Source: Thermoproteota archaeon
GTDB taxonomy: Archaea; Asgardarchaeota; Njordarchaeia; Njordarchaeales; Panguiarchaeaceae
Length of the DNA stretch: 64,000 nt
NCBI GenBank assembly: GCA_024720975.1
Contig: JANJXX010000001.1
Span: 345,839-409,838, forward strand
Reading direction: 5' to 3'
This document shows, piece after piece, positions 1-10,504 of this stretch; position 1 is the stretch's first letter; the number at the start of each line of letters is the position of its first letter. The notes beneath the pieces are model-generated. The model did no database searches. It was given only the letters and a program-made list of their open reading frames with translations, and had not been told where the DNA came from. Made by a program: the position numbers and the translations under genes.

Positions 1-1845
1 ACAACAATAGCTGATGCAGAAGTAGAATACATAGAGGAGATCACAGACCTTGTCTATATACGCTTTCCATTAGTTAACGGCGGAGTCATAACAGTCGCTA
101 CTACGAGGCCTGAAATGCTGGCTGCATGTCAAGCTATCCTTGTGCATCCAGACGATGCTAGATACAGAAACCTGCAAAACAATGAGGCTATTGTTCCGAT
201 GTATGAAAGAAGAGTAAAAATACTACCACACCGCGAAGTTAATGTAAATTTCGGAACTGGCGCTATGATGCTTTGTAGTTATGGGGACGAAACTGATGTT
301 AGATTATTCCGCGAACTTCAATTGACTCCTATAATTATAATAAGCGAAAACGGGGTCATGACGGAAGCGGCAGGAAAATATGCAGGACTACATGTTAAGG
401 ATGCTAGAAGTAAAATAGTCGAAGATTTGACGAAAGCGGGTTATATAGAAAGAATAGAGAAAATCAAGCACGAAATTCCAGTATGTTGGCGTTGTAAAAC
501 TCCGATAGAATTCATACCGATGAAAGAGTTTTATCTAAAGCAAGTCGAATTCCTAGATTCACTAAGAGAAATCATTGACCAAATAACCTTTTATCCTAAG
601 GAGAGTAAACAATTGTTGTTAAATTGGATAAATTCCGTTAAGAGCGACTGGCCTATATCTAGACGCCGCTACTATGGTACCGAGATCCCAATTTGGTACT
701 GCGAAAATGGACATATTGTTTTACCAGAACCCGGCAGGTATTATCGGCCATGGGCTGAAGCTCCACCTTTTAATGAGTGTCCATACTGCAAATCTAAAAA
801 GTTTATTCCAGAGACGCGAACGTTTGATACATGGATGGATTCAAGTATTTCAGCCCTGTACATTAGTGGGTATAAGAGAGACGAAAAACTGTTTTCAAAA
901 GCTTTTATAGTTGATTTGCGACCCCAGGGAAAAGAAATCGTTCGAACTTGGCTATTCTATACAATACTTCGAACGTATCAGCTCACTTCCAAGCCTGCAT
1001 TTAAGTCTGTATGGATAAGCGGACTTGTGATGGACGAAAAAGGCAGGAAAATGTCAAAAAGTCTTGGCAATATAATTTATCCAGGACCGCTGATAGAAAA
1101 ATACGGTGCCGACGCTCTTCGATTTGCTGGAGCAGCAGAAGCGAAGCTGGGTTCGGATTTATTTGCCTCAGAATCCAAAATAGAAGCAGCTTCAAAGTTC
1201 ATCCAGAAACTATACAGTATAGCTAGATTCATCTCTGCATTCCCAGAACCAAGCAGAAGCGAGATTGAACTGCTAGCTCTAGATGAGTGGATCATCGCAG
1301 AAGCTAACGCGACGCTTGAAAAAGTGATAGAGTACTACGATAACTTTGACTTCTTCGCTGTAAATTTTGTTAGAAACTTCGCATGGTATACATTTGCTGA
1401 CCATTACATAGAACTCGTCAAGAGTCGAGCATACGGAAATGTCGGCAATGATAAACAACAAAAGGCTGCCTGGTGGACACTTCATTATGTATTAAAGCTC
1501 GTTCTCAAAATGCTTGCACCAGTAACACCGTTTATTACTGATTATATTTACCATGCATTATACGGGAAAACCATCCACTTAGAAGCTTTTCCAAAGGTCG
1601 ACAAGTATAATCCTGAACTACTAAATTACACTGGGCTTATTAAGGAAACTAACGCACGCGTGTGGACACTTAAAAAAGAGAGAAAGCTGCCACTTAATGC
1701 TCCATTAAAATCAGTTCTTATACCAATTGAACTTAAACCCTTTGAGCTAGATCTCAAATCAGCTTACGTTGCAGATAAAATAGAATACTTTGAGGCTGAA
1801 GGACAAATTGCAGATAAAGTCTCCAAAGTTTGCATCATCATCTAG
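1..1845 (+). CDS. valS: Valyl-tRNA synthetase (5'-truncated by window edge)
   Basis: Frame is open from base 1 (TIADAEVEY...VATTRPE); DWPISRRRYYG, FDTWMDSS and KMSKSLGN motifs; archaeal-type ValRS. Confidence 0.95.
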   Translation, partial: TTIADAEVEYIEEITDLVYIRFPLVNGGVITVATTRPEMLAACQAILVHPDDARYRNLQNNEAIVPMYERRVKILPHREVNVNFGTGAMMLCSYGDETDVRLFRELQLTPIIIISENGVMTEAAGKYAGLHVKDARSKIVEDLTKAGYIERIEKIKHEIPVCWRCKTPIEFIPMKEFYLKQVEFLDSLREIIDQITFYPKESKQLLLNWINSVKSDWPISRRRYYGTEIPIWYCENGHIVLPEPGRYYRPWAEAPPFNECPYCKSKKFIPETRTFDTWMDSSISALYISGYKRDEKLFSKAFIVDLRPQGKEIVRTWLFYTILRTYQLTSKPAFKSVWISGLVMDEKGRKMSKSLGNIIYPGPLIEKYGADALRFAGAAEAKLGSDLFASESKIEAASKFIQKLYSIARFISAFPEPSRSEIELLALDEWIIAEANATLEKVIEYYDNFDFFAVNFVRNFAWYTFADHYIELVKSRAYGNVGNDKQQKAAWWTLHYVLKLVLKMLAPVTPFITDYIYHALYGKTIHLEAFPKVDKYNPELLNYTGLIKETNARVWTLKKERKLPLNAPLKSVLIPIELKPFELDLKSAYVADKIEYFEAEGQIADKVSKVCIII

Positions 1846-2009
1846 TTAGGATCTTTCTATCTTTCCAACTATAGGTCGACGTTCAAGGCCTGGTTAAACA
1901 TTAGTGCACTATTGTGGAGACCAAGATACTTGCGCTCACACACTCCTAGTTTAAAGAAGTCATCTTTATCTCGAGTGAATTTTATAAAGATGAGTTCGTC
2001 GGGAAGCTG

Positions 2010-2765
2010 GTGTTTTGCTTGGCCCTAAAATACACCTATTTCTGCCCTAGATGCGGAAAGCCAACACAATATAACAAGGAGAGAAACGGTCTTTGCATTG
2101 ACTGCTTCGTAGAACTTGAAAAGGCTGAATTAGAAAACGAAGACTTCAAGTTCGACGTTACAATATGCATTGGTTGTGGAAGAATTAAACATGGTAACTT
2201 ATGGCTAGAATTAAATAAGGAAGTCCTCAAAACAAGGTTGTATAGCTTAATTCATGGTACGAAGCTGAAATTTTATGACTTTGAAGTAGAACTACCAACA
2301 AATATAGACTTATCATCAGCATATCAGTACGATAAGCTAGACATTATAGCAAATGTATCCGTTAGGGACCAAAAAATCATAAGAAAGCAAATAACACTTA
2401 GGATAAATAAGGCCTTCTGTCCACTATGTTCCAAAAAGCAGAGCGGAAAATACTATGAAAGTGTTATTCACATCAGGTTTCAGCGCGAAAGTCGATCCAA
2501 GCTTACGGAGGTTCTAAGTGAATTCATCAACACCACTACTACCAGATTGGAGAAACTGGAGACAATAGATGTTAAGAAGGAAGGCGAGGGAATCGTAATT
2601 AGGCTTTCCAGTAGAAAGTTAGCTAAAGAGTTGCTATCGGCTTTGAACAGGAAATTCTCACTTGCTATCCTTCGTAAATATCGAACGCCAGTAACTGTTA
2701 ACATCAACAATAGACAACAACTCATCAACATTGATGTCTTCATAATTAGGTTATTTCAAGCATAA
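2010..2765 (+). CDS. nmd3: NMD3-family ribosome biogenesis protein
   Basis: Four CxxC pairs (CPRC, CIDC, CIGC, CPLC) and YYESVIHIR motif; probable start TTG 2019. Confidence 0.85.
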   Translation: MFCLALKYTYFCPRCGKPTQYNKERNGLCIDCFVELEKAELENEDFKFDVTICIGCGRIKHGNLWLELNKEVLKTRLYSLIHGTKLKFYDFEVELPTNIDLSSAYQYDKLDIIANVSVRDQKIIRKQITLRINKAFCPLCSKKQSGKYYESVIHIRFQRESRSKLTEVLSEFINTTTTRLEKLETIDVKKEGEGIVIRLSSRKLAKELLSALNRKFSLAILRKYRTPVTVNINNRQQLINIDVFIIRLFQA

Positions 2766-2800
2766 GGTTGAGGGACTGCAGCGAAGATCATGATGTATTG

Positions 2801-3472
2801 TCACTCTAGAAAAGCATCAACTTGCGCAAGCCACTCATATAGCTTTTTAAGGGCCGATCTGATTTGATCTAAACCCTTAGCTCCGGTGCAGACAGCTCTG
2901 CCCGATCTAAACAGTAATAGCACTACTCTATGTATTGTGTCCTTGTATATGCATCCGGGAAATATCTCTGGCTCATATATCACGTTATAGCCGCCAGAAA
3001 GCGCTATAAGGTCCAGATTTAGCTTTCGTCCGAGGTCTGCACTAGCGACTATGTTCTGTATTTTAAGTCCAATATCGCTGGGTACTTCATATCCGCAGTG
3101 TTTTAAAATACTGATGAACCTATCAACTGCCTTCTTTAATTGTCCCTCCGAGCGCGTTCCTGTAACTACGCAGTTACCTGAGGAGAATATAAGCATAGAA
3201 GCCTTGACATCAGGAAATCTCATCTTTAATATGAGTCCTGGGAATTCTTGAGGCGAGTGCCGAGCAATTAGGGGAAATTCCTCGGTTCTTTCATGCTCTT
3301 CTCGAAACTCGTATATTTTCTGCAACTCTGTCTGCATTTTTAGAAGATCTTTGTACAATTGCGGTAAATTGAGTCTGATTCCTAGAATCAGCGAACCGAC
3401 AATATTTTCAACTTTAAATTTGATTGATGGTTCTACAAATTCATATCCTGTTTCTTCTTCGGACACCCTCAT
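2801..3472 (-). CDS. tbp: TATA-box binding protein with insertion in repeat 1
   Basis: Two direct repeats: ENIV...FPGL...LIFSSG..VVTG and QNIV...FPGC...LLFRSG..VCTG. Confidence 0.95.
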   Translation of the reverse strand: MRVSEEETGYEFVEPSIKFKVENIVGSLILGIRLNLPQLYKDLLKMQTELQKIYEFREEHERTEEFPLIARHSPQEFPGLILKMRFPDVKASMLIFSSGNCVVTGTRSEGQLKKAVDRFISILKHCGYEVPSDIGLKIQNIVASADLGRKLNLDLIALSGGYNVIYEPEIFPGCIYKDTIHRVVLLLFRSGRAVCTGAKGLDQIRSALKKLYEWLAQVDAFLE

Positions 3473-3567
3473 TCACCTTTATAAAAAGACAGATTTATAA
3501 ACCTCTTATATTTAAACCAATATTAAACCTGCTGTATATATTCGAGTATTTTGTTAGACGCGGACAA

Positions 3568-4695
3568 TCATGCGCTCGGAGTGTCCACGTCGGCTTCTCT
3601 CAGAAGGGAATCTTTTCCAAGTGGGCTTTTGAAAATCTCCTCACTATTGTTGAAATTACCCAATGGAACGTCTATACCAGTTATCATGCAAAATACGCGT
3701 ATCTTTGACTTATACTGTGGAAGTATTCTTAATCCAAATATTATTTCTTTATCCTCGCCCAGAGTTGTTGTAAATGTATTAACTATGTCATAGGATTCAC
3801 TTAAAGTTAGGTCCTCTCCTCCTACAATCTCCATTAGGCAGGACTTTCCTAGCGCTGGATTAATATCTAACAGCGGATTGTTCAATATCTTTTCAGCAAC
3901 TTCCGTTGCACGCTTCTGGTCGGTTTTTTCTAAGGATGCAACACCAACAACGGCTATTCCCTTGTAAGATAACACTTTACAAACGTCTGCAAAGTCTACA
4001 TTAATCAAGCCAGGTTCGATTATTAGATCCTCTAGAGACTCCATTGACTGAACAAATAGGTCACCAGCTAAAGAGAATGCGCTGTGCATTGTTTGATGCG
4101 GAGCTACTTTTGCTAAACGTTCATTTGGAACAATTACTGTAACAGTTTGCATCCTCAAAATCTCACTTAAAGCCTCAAGCGCATTTCTAATACGCACACG
4201 CCCTTCGCACTTGAATGGTAAAGTGAGGAACGCTATTGATAATATACCCAGCTCACTAGTTAGCTCTAATAGAGCCGGTGCTGCGCCTGAACCTGTTCCT
4301 CCCCCGAGTCCCGAGACAACAACCACTAAATCAGCATCAGAAATTAGCTTCTCCACTTGCTCTCGAGATTCCTCAAAAGCTTTGCGACCTAGTATTGGGT
4401 CATTGCCAGCACCATAGCCCCGCGTTACTGTGCGCCCTATTAGAATACGCTGATGGGCTTTGCTTACACTCAACTGGCTTGCATCTGTATTTATAGCTAA
4501 TGTTTCAACGATTTTAGAACTGCGCATTCTTTCGAATAAAGCCGTGACAAAATTATTTCCAGCTCCTCCTATTCCAATAACCTTTATCTTGGGAAGTTGA
4601 AGAGGAGTACTATCCTCGATGATTTTAGGACTACTTTCCATGCTTTCAGAGACTGATTCCGCAGCTAACTGAGCAATCAAGCTTTCTATATCCAT
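3568..4695 (-). CDS. ftsZ: Cell division protein FtsZ
   Basis: GIGGAGNN, INTD, GLGGGTGSGAAP tubulin signature, INVDFAD T7 loop. Confidence 0.95.
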   Translation of the reverse strand: MDIESLIAQLAAESVSESMESSPKIIEDSTPLQLPKIKVIGIGGAGNNFVTALFERMRSSKIVETLAINTDASQLSVSKAHQRILIGRTVTRGYGAGNDPILGRKAFEESREQVEKLISDADLVVVVSGLGGGTGSGAAPALLELTSELGILSIAFLTLPFKCEGRVRIRNALEALSEILRMQTVTVIVPNERLAKVAPHQTMHSAFSLAGDLFVQSMESLEDLIIEPGLINVDFADVCKVLSYKGIAVVGVASLEKTDQKRATEVAEKILNNPLLDINPALGKSCLMEIVGGEDLTLSESYDIVNTFTTTLGEDKEIIFGLRILPQYKSKIRVFCMITGIDVPLGNFNNSEEIFKSPLGKDSLLREADVDTPSA

Positions 4696-4787
4696 ATCTA
4701 TCTCCTATGAGCTTAAAAGCAAGAGAATTATTAAGACGACGAGATATCTAGATAATACTTAGCTAACGCATTACCAAGGTGTCATGA

Positions 4788-5237
4788 ATGAAGAAGGATT
4801 TCGAAATCATTGAAAAATATACAGCAGATGTAGCATTTATTGCATATGGCAGAGATCTAGAGGAATTACTTATTAACAGTGCTCGGGCACTGACCGCGAT
4901 CCAGGTTGACCTAAGAAATGTTGAACCAAAGGAATGCGTTGAAATATCTATCGAGGCGCAAAACCTACTAGGTTTCCTCAGGAAGTGGTTAGAAGAGTTC
5001 CTTTATTTGAGAGATGCGAGACGCTTATTTATTAGCAGGATCACGGATATTTCCATCAACATAAAGTTATCCTCCCGAGAAGAGGACATTATCAGTGTGA
5101 CAGCTAAAGTTTGTGGTGAAGAGTTCAATCCTCAAAAGCATGGAGGCTCCGTTGAGATAAAAGCCGTCTCATACCATGATATGGAAGTTGGTTTTAAAGA
5201 TAATATGTGGTATGCGCATGTACTAGTTGACATCTAG
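4788..5237 (+). CDS. Archease (cofactor of RtcB tRNA ligase)
   Basis: TADV, EIKAVSYH and C-terminal VDI motifs. Confidence 0.92.
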   Translation: MKKDFEIIEKYTADVAFIAYGRDLEELLINSARALTAIQVDLRNVEPKECVEISIEAQNLLGFLRKWLEEFLYLRDARRLFISRITDISINIKLSSREEDIISVTAKVCGEEFNPQKHGGSVEIKAVSYHDMEVGFKDNMWYAHVLVDI

Positions 5238-5797
5238 TGATATTCTTGCAAGCCGAAGAAATTGCAATTGTCTTGGACACTTCTGCAGTAATAAGGGGCC
5301 TGACATTCATAGAGGGTCTGAATGGTGCTGATAAAGTTGTGCGAACAGAAAGAATATTTCTCTTCTTACCGCATTCAGTTGTTGAGGAGACCAAATACGA
5401 GAGTACGAAAGTACAACTAAACCTACTTTCGGATAGGATTACTGTTATAAAAGCGGGAAGGAAATATCTGGATCAAGCCATGAAAATTGCAGCTAAAGTT
5501 GGACTTAAATCCGAGTTGTCCGAAACCGACTTAGAAGTTATAGCATTGGCTTTAGAACTTAAGGAGCGATACAAAAGAGTCTATGTTGCTACTGACGACG
5601 CTAGGATTCAAAACGCCTGTGTTTTTTCAGGGATAGAAGTTATCGGATTCAAAAAGCGTATTAAGTATCTGCTGTTAAGGATTAAGAAGTGCTCAGTATG
5701 CGAATTTGAGTTTGACAGCGACACTAATGAATGCCCCAGCTGTGGTTCAGAAAAATTTAGATACATTGTAAGAAAGATAAAATTGCCATCTCACTGA
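5237..5797 (+). CDS. nob1: Nob1-like PIN endonuclease with Zn ribbon
   Basis: VLDTSA, LSETDLEVIALA, TDD..IQN, CxxC...CPSCG. Confidence 0.88.
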   Translation: MIFLQAEEIAIVLDTSAVIRGLTFIEGLNGADKVVRTERIFLFLPHSVVEETKYESTKVQLNLLSDRITVIKAGRKYLDQAMKIAAKVGLKSELSETDLEVIALALELKERYKRVYVATDDARIQNACVFSGIEVIGFKKRIKYLLLRIKKCSVCEFEFDSDTNECPSCGSEKFRYIVRKIKLPSH

Positions 5798-6099
5798 AGA
5801 ATTTCGCATCTTGTATTAAGATAAAATTTTCCTCACGCTTCAAGACGTAAATCACTGTAAGCAACATATGTAAGGAAGCTATCTTTGAGACGTTAAAATT
5901 GCCTCCAAGCGCAAATATGCAGTCATGTTGGTAAAGTTATGAGTAGCCTATCTGCTTAGGAATACAGCCACAAATGAACAATCTGTATTATTTTTGTATA
6001 TGACAGAGGCAACAATGTTGATAGCGAAAATATTGCAATTGAAGGCTAAAAACATTAAAATGACAGGCCAATTGATGCTCTGCCAATCTTACGACTAAT

Positions 6100-6957
6100 T
6101 TGCAGGTGATTATATTGCATGATAGCAACATCTTGCTGGTTGCATCAAAACAGGATCTTGCTAGCATGAACATCTTAAATAATTTGATGGAGCTAATAGA
6201 TTTTGAGCCAACGAATATAATCTTCCACGGCAATAGACTACTTTTTTCCAAGACTTTGAATGCGTACTTACTGGTAATAGAGTGCGATTTGATAAGAGCA
6301 GATTTCTTAGACGAATTATCAGACGACTTCAATCGTCTTATATTTTTGTCAAAACATGCTTCAGAGAGCAAACTACCTAGCCTGCTCGTACATTTTCCTG
6401 GGAATTGGACGGCGGACAATAGCATGGGTGGAAGACCTGAAGAACTTTCAATAGCAGATCCTGAGGTTCTTAAGGAAGTTGCGGTGAGATTATATCAGTA
6501 TAAACATGATGGACTCATACCAGAGATTTATACCATAGGCATTGAAGTCACCCACCACGGGCCAACAATAGGTAAGGCCTGCACATTTATTGAAATCGGC
6601 AGCGACGCCGAAAGCTGGAAAGATCCGAATGCGGGACGAGTAATAGCTGAAATAATTATCGACTCTGTGAAAAATTTGAAAGATAAAAAAGGCACTGCAA
6701 AGCTAGGTCTTGGTGGTCCACATTATGGTCCTAAATTTTGGAGTATTTTGATCCATGAGAAGGAGATTCTAATGGGCCACATCGCACCGAAGTATGTTAT
6801 AGATGACCTAAACAAGGACACTATTAGAAAAGCTGTAAGCAAATCATTGCTTCCAATAGATTGCGCTTTGATAGATTGGAAGGGTCTTACTAGCAAACAA
6901 AGAACTAAACTTGCGCAAATTCTAGCGGAGCTTGGTTTAATCTACAGACGCATATAA
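6100..6957 (+). CDS. dtdA: D-aminoacyl-tRNA deacylase (archaeal DTD2)
   Basis: FLSKH, HFPGN, EVTHHGP, FIEIGS, GGPHY motifs. Confidence 0.93.
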   Translation: MQVIILHDSNILLVASKQDLASMNILNNLMELIDFEPTNIIFHGNRLLFSKTLNAYLLVIECDLIRADFLDELSDDFNRLIFLSKHASESKLPSLLVHFPGNWTADNSMGGRPEELSIADPEVLKEVAVRLYQYKHDGLIPEIYTIGIEVTHHGPTIGKACTFIEIGSDAESWKDPNAGRVIAEIIIDSVKNLKDKKGTAKLGLGGPHYGPKFWSILIHEKEILMGHIAPKYVIDDLNKDTIRKAVSKSLLPIDCALIDWKGLTSKQRTKLAQILAELGLIYRRI

Positions 6958-7131
6958 CACCTCGCAATGTTCATAAATAGACAAGCAATAGAAAATGCCA
7001 AACTAAGTTTTATGAACACTTTTTATTCCGGTGAAATCCTACTTTGTAGTGTTAGTAAAATGATATTGGAGTGCATTTAATCTCTGTCCTTTTATTTTAT
7101 ATATTTTAGTAGACATTTGAAGGGGTGCAAA

Positions 7132-7932
7132 ATGAGCTTCATAGCAGTACTAGAGGATGTAAAAATCGCACGAAGTCTCTTCAAAGGTGTTTCGAGTTTA
7201 TTGTCGGAGGCTAATATGTACATTGATCACGATGGAATCCGAATTCAGGGTCTTGACGATAGCCGAGTAGCTATGCTATCGCTTAAAATGCCATCATCAG
7301 CTTTTCACACATTTGACTTCACACCACCCGAGGGCTCTGAAGCAATTCAAATTGGTCTAAATTTCTCGGATGTAATAAAAGTAATGGCACATGCAAAAGC
7401 AAAAGATTCTGTTAAGTTTGCACTAGTGCAGGAGGAAAGACCCTACTTTGAGATGACATTCTTCAGAGGCAGCATGGAAGATATGACACAAGTGAGGATC
7501 TTTAAGCTGCCAACACTCGAAATCCCTGCTGAAACAATAACACTACGCGAGCTTGATCTTGATGTCACTGTGGAATTTGCTACAGGATCTTGGGTGGCCG
7601 AACTTGCTGCCAGTGCAGCAACAATCGCAGACGATTTACAAATTATTGCTAAAAAAGACGAGGAGAAGCTTATCTTTTATGCAGAAGGTGACCTAGGAAA
7701 GTTTGAGTTTCCTATACTGCTTCCTCGTGATGAAATGGTAACACGATATGAAATTGTGAAAAACGCTAAATCCGTTTACTCCCTAGACTACCTTAGGAAA
7801 ATGGGTATACCAGCAAAAATTGCTGATGGCGTATTACTAAGATTCTCTGAGAACATGCCAATGGAACTTACTTATATCGTCGGGGGCGGCTTCGAAATAA
7901 AATACTTGCTAGCACCAAGGGTCATTGGATAA
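7132..7932 (+). CDS. pcn: DNA sliding clamp PCNA
   Basis: LDDSRVAM, YSLDYL, C-terminal YLLAPR; ATG 7132 follows a GGGGTG SD. Confidence 0.92.
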   Translation: MSFIAVLEDVKIARSLFKGVSSLLSEANMYIDHDGIRIQGLDDSRVAMLSLKMPSSAFHTFDFTPPEGSEAIQIGLNFSDVIKVMAHAKAKDSVKFALVQEERPYFEMTFFRGSMEDMTQVRIFKLPTLEIPAETITLRELDLDVTVEFATGSWVAELAASAATIADDLQIIAKKDEEKLIFYAEGDLGKFEFPILLPRDEMVTRYEIVKNAKSVYSLDYLRKMGIPAKIADGVLLRFSENMPMELTYIVGGGFEIKYLLAPRVIG

Positions 7933-7955
7933 AAATCAAACACAGGTTATTTGTC

Positions 7956-8378
7956 TTGCATGCAGCTATAATCGCATTAGCAGCAGCAATAATCATTAAT
8001 GGAATTCGTGTTTTTTCGGAGCTTCTCTTTGTAAATCCACACCAAGTTCGCGTGTTTAATCGCCTAATGAAGGAGTGGAGACAAAAAGCCCAAGAAGCAA
8101 TCAAACGAGGGGATCCAAAACAGATGGAACGCATTAAACGAGAGAAGGCTAAAATAGACAGCCTGACAATGGCTGTATCTAAAATGCGATTCAAATCAAT
8201 GATGACGACACTAACTGCATCGCTGTTAGTATTTTTTGTAGCCATCCAGAGCCTTTCCGAAAGCCTTATACTGGTACCTTTACTTGGTGAAATAACAGCA
8301 GTTTGGTTTCTGATTCTTTGCTCATTCGCGTGGAGCTCTATTTTCAGCATAATCTTAAAGCTTAAAGGATATGAGTAG
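7956..8378 (+). CDS. DUF106 / EMC3-TMCO1-Get1-like membrane insertase
   Basis: TM, coiled coil (EAIKRGDPKQMERI), TM, TM layout; conserved position upstream of eL34-cmk. Confidence 0.75.
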   Translation: MHAAIIALAAAIIINGIRVFSELLFVNPHQVRVFNRLMKEWRQKAQEAIKRGDPKQMERIKREKAKIDSLTMAVSKMRFKSMMTTLTASLLVFFVAIQSLSESLILVPLLGEITAVWFLILCSFAWSSIFSIILKLKGYE

Positions 8379-8461
8379 ATCCGGCTCTCTGACGTTTTTT
8401 AAAAAATGTAAACATGGGATTATATTTGTACGCTCATCTTTAGTACTTTAACGTGATTCAC

Positions 8462-8743
8462 ATGCCTGCGCCTAGATATAGATCGCGCTCCCTCAGAAGA
8501 CGAAACATAAGAACGCCAGGGGGTAGACTTGTTGTGCATTACAAGAAAAAAATCAAAGGAAAAGCACACTGTGCCATATGCGGTAAAGAGTTGTCTGGCG
8601 TTCCTAGAGAGGCCAAAGAACACCCTAAGTCATCACGACGACCTGAGCGCCCATATGGAGGCTTTCTTTGTTCAAGTTGTTTACAAAGGTACCTAACAAG
8701 AGCCACTATAGGAAAGTTTGCTCCGAGAATTTATTCAACATAA
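8462..8743 (+). CDS. rpl34e: Ribosomal protein eL34
   Basis: RTPGGRLVVHY, CAICG, RPERPYGGFLCSSC. Confidence 0.96.
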   Translation: MPAPRYRSRSLRRRNIRTPGGRLVVHYKKKIKGKAHCAICGKELSGVPREAKEHPKSSRRPERPYGGFLCSSCLQRYLTRATIGKFAPRIYST

Positions 8744-8760
8744 TTTGAGGTTCAAATTAC

Positions 8761-9354
8761 ATGGAATCTCAAACTAGAAGCAAAAAAATAGTGATCTTAT
8801 TCTCCGGACCGCACGCTTCCGGTAAGACTACCGTAGCAAAAGCGATCTCTGAGAAATTAGGCTTGAGGTATTTTTCGACCGGGGAGCTGTTTCGAAAAAA
8901 AGCTAAAGAGCTCGGAATGAGTTTAATTGAGTTTACAAAATACGTTGATGAGCACCCAGAGGTAGACTATGAGATAGACTCAATTGCAAAAGAGGAAATT
9001 AAAAAGGGAGACGTTGTACTCGATTCCCAACTTGCCTACTTCTTTGCGAAGGAGATAAACGATCCTGATATAATTAAGATAAGTATCATGCTACATGCAC
9101 CACTTAAAACACGAATAGAAAGACTCATGGAAAGAGAAAACTTGACTTATGATGAGGCAGCTAAGGAGCTCTCGGTGAGAGAGAAAAGAGAATACACTCG
9201 ATTTAAACGGCTGTATAATGTTGATCTTTGGAGACCCGATGATTTTGATGTAATCGTAAACACGTCAAATATGGATAAAAACTCGGTTATCGACTTATGC
9301 CTAGCCATTGTGGAAAAACTTATTAAATGTAGAGAGGAACCAGGCGAGAAATAA
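8761..9354 (+). CDS. cmk: Cytidylate kinase (archaeal type)
   Basis: SGPHASGKTT, STGELFR, RFKRLY; follows eL34. Confidence 0.9.
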   Translation: MESQTRSKKIVILFSGPHASGKTTVAKAISEKLGLRYFSTGELFRKKAKELGMSLIEFTKYVDEHPEVDYEIDSIAKEEIKKGDVVLDSQLAYFFAKEINDPDIIKISIMLHAPLKTRIERLMERENLTYDEAAKELSVREKREYTRFKRLYNVDLWRPDDFDVIVNTSNMDKNSVIDLCLAIVEKLIKCREEPGEK

Positions 9355-9367
9355 ATACAGGAACTAT

Positions 9368-9661
9368 TTAGAGGTATTCGCGTGGAATTCTGATAGGTTC
9401 TTTCATAAAGTTCTCTAAATTATGTTCTTTAATCGCTTTTAGAACGCTCTCATCACTTGCCCCTCGATCGATTGTAACCCTAATATTTAGTGGTATTAAA
9501 TGATCAATGTTCATTCGCCTTCGCTTTACGCCGTTCAGTAGGGGCGGTCCTGTTATCAATACGAAGTTTTCATCGATTATATCGACAACAATTGCTTTTT
9601 TACCTGCGCGTCTTCCCCTTGATATAACGCAGCAGCGACCAATATCAAAGAGCCTAGGCAT
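9368..9661 (-). CDS. rpl14e: Ribosomal protein eL14
   Basis: [24 protein letters not shown]...GVKRRR; ATG 9661 chosen as start. Confidence 0.95.
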   Translation of the reverse strand: MPRLFDIGRCCVISRGRRAGKKAIVVDIIDENFVLITGPPLLNGVKRRRMNIDHLIPLNIRVTIDRGASDESVLKAIKEHNLENFMKEPIRIPREYL

Positions 9662-9786
9662 GTACCTTCCACCAGCAGCAACCTGCTGATTTAGCAACTT
9701 AAAATTCGCAAATGAATCTCAATTTTTCAATAATTAAAAAATAGTAGTTGTTGCATTATCGACTTACATAAAAGTGCAAAAGCAAT

Positions 9787-9870
9787 TTTGTATGGCCCGG
9801 CGGACTAACACCTGCTGGTCCTTGCGCGCTATTCCAGCTTACGCTCCCAGAGGCTCTCTCAGCCGGGCCT
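9787..9870 (-). ncRNA. H/ACA guide RNA with K-turn, probable target 23S helix 69
   Basis: GC-rich hairpin GGCCCGGC/GCCGGGCC, internal pocket, K-turn (CUGG-GA-GCG / CGC-AAG-GA-CCAG), 3' AUACA; pocket strands complementary to 23S 46962-46976. Confidence 0.75.
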
Positions 9871-9902
9871 ACAAAATAAGAAACTTTTGAAATTAATTAA
9901 CT

Positions 9903-10478
9903 ATGAATTTTAGGTTGATGGGAGACTTCATGAACAAAGTATACGTTTTAAGACTTGGCCATAGAGTCTCCCGCGATAAACGCATAACAACACACGTATG
10001 TTTAGTAGCCAGAGCCTTCGGCGCTAGTGGCTGCTTTATTACAGGTGATTTTGATCCAGGCGTAATTAGAACCATTGATAATGTATGCAAAAGGTGGGGC
10101 GGAAGAGAGTTTGAATGTACATATGTAGAATCCTGGCGGAGTTTTTTAAAGGACCTGAGAAAAAACGAACAAAACATCATAGTTCATTTAACGATGTACG
10201 GTTTGAATTTACCTCAAGTAATAGATGACATCAGAGCGGCTTATGCCGCTGGAAGAAATATTATTATAGTGGTAGGATCGGAGAAGGTCCCTCGCGAAGT
10301 ATACGAACTTAGTAACTTTAATGTCGCTATAGGCAATCAACCGCATTCTGAAGTAGCTGCTCTAGCAGTGTTCTTAGATTGGCTCTTCGAGGGAAAAGAA
10401 CTTAGCTTGCGTTTCTCGGATGCTAACCTAGTGGTAATACCACAAGCTAGGGGAAAGAAAGTTGTCCGAGTCTCCTAG
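9903..10478 (+). CDS. trm56: tRNA (cytidine-56-2'-O)-methyltransferase aTrm56
   Basis: LRLGHRVSRDKRITTHVCLVARAFGA, HLTMYG, GSEKVP, NQPHSEVAALA; start may be 9930. Confidence 0.96.
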   Translation: MNFRLMGDFMNKVYVLRLGHRVSRDKRITTHVCLVARAFGASGCFITGDFDPGVIRTIDNVCKRWGGREFECTYVESWRSFLKDLRKNEQNIIVHLTMYGLNLPQVIDDIRAAYAAGRNIIIVVGSEKVPREVYELSNFNVAIGNQPHSEVAALAVFLDWLFEGKELSLRFSDANLVVIPQARGKKVVRVS

Positions 10479-10504
10479 TTTCGAGCACTTTTAGAAAGTA
10501 GACA

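Noticed and set aside
5798-6099. 300-bp intergenic gap as a possible sRNA locus
   Set aside because: No box motifs, GC-rich stem or repeat could be seen.
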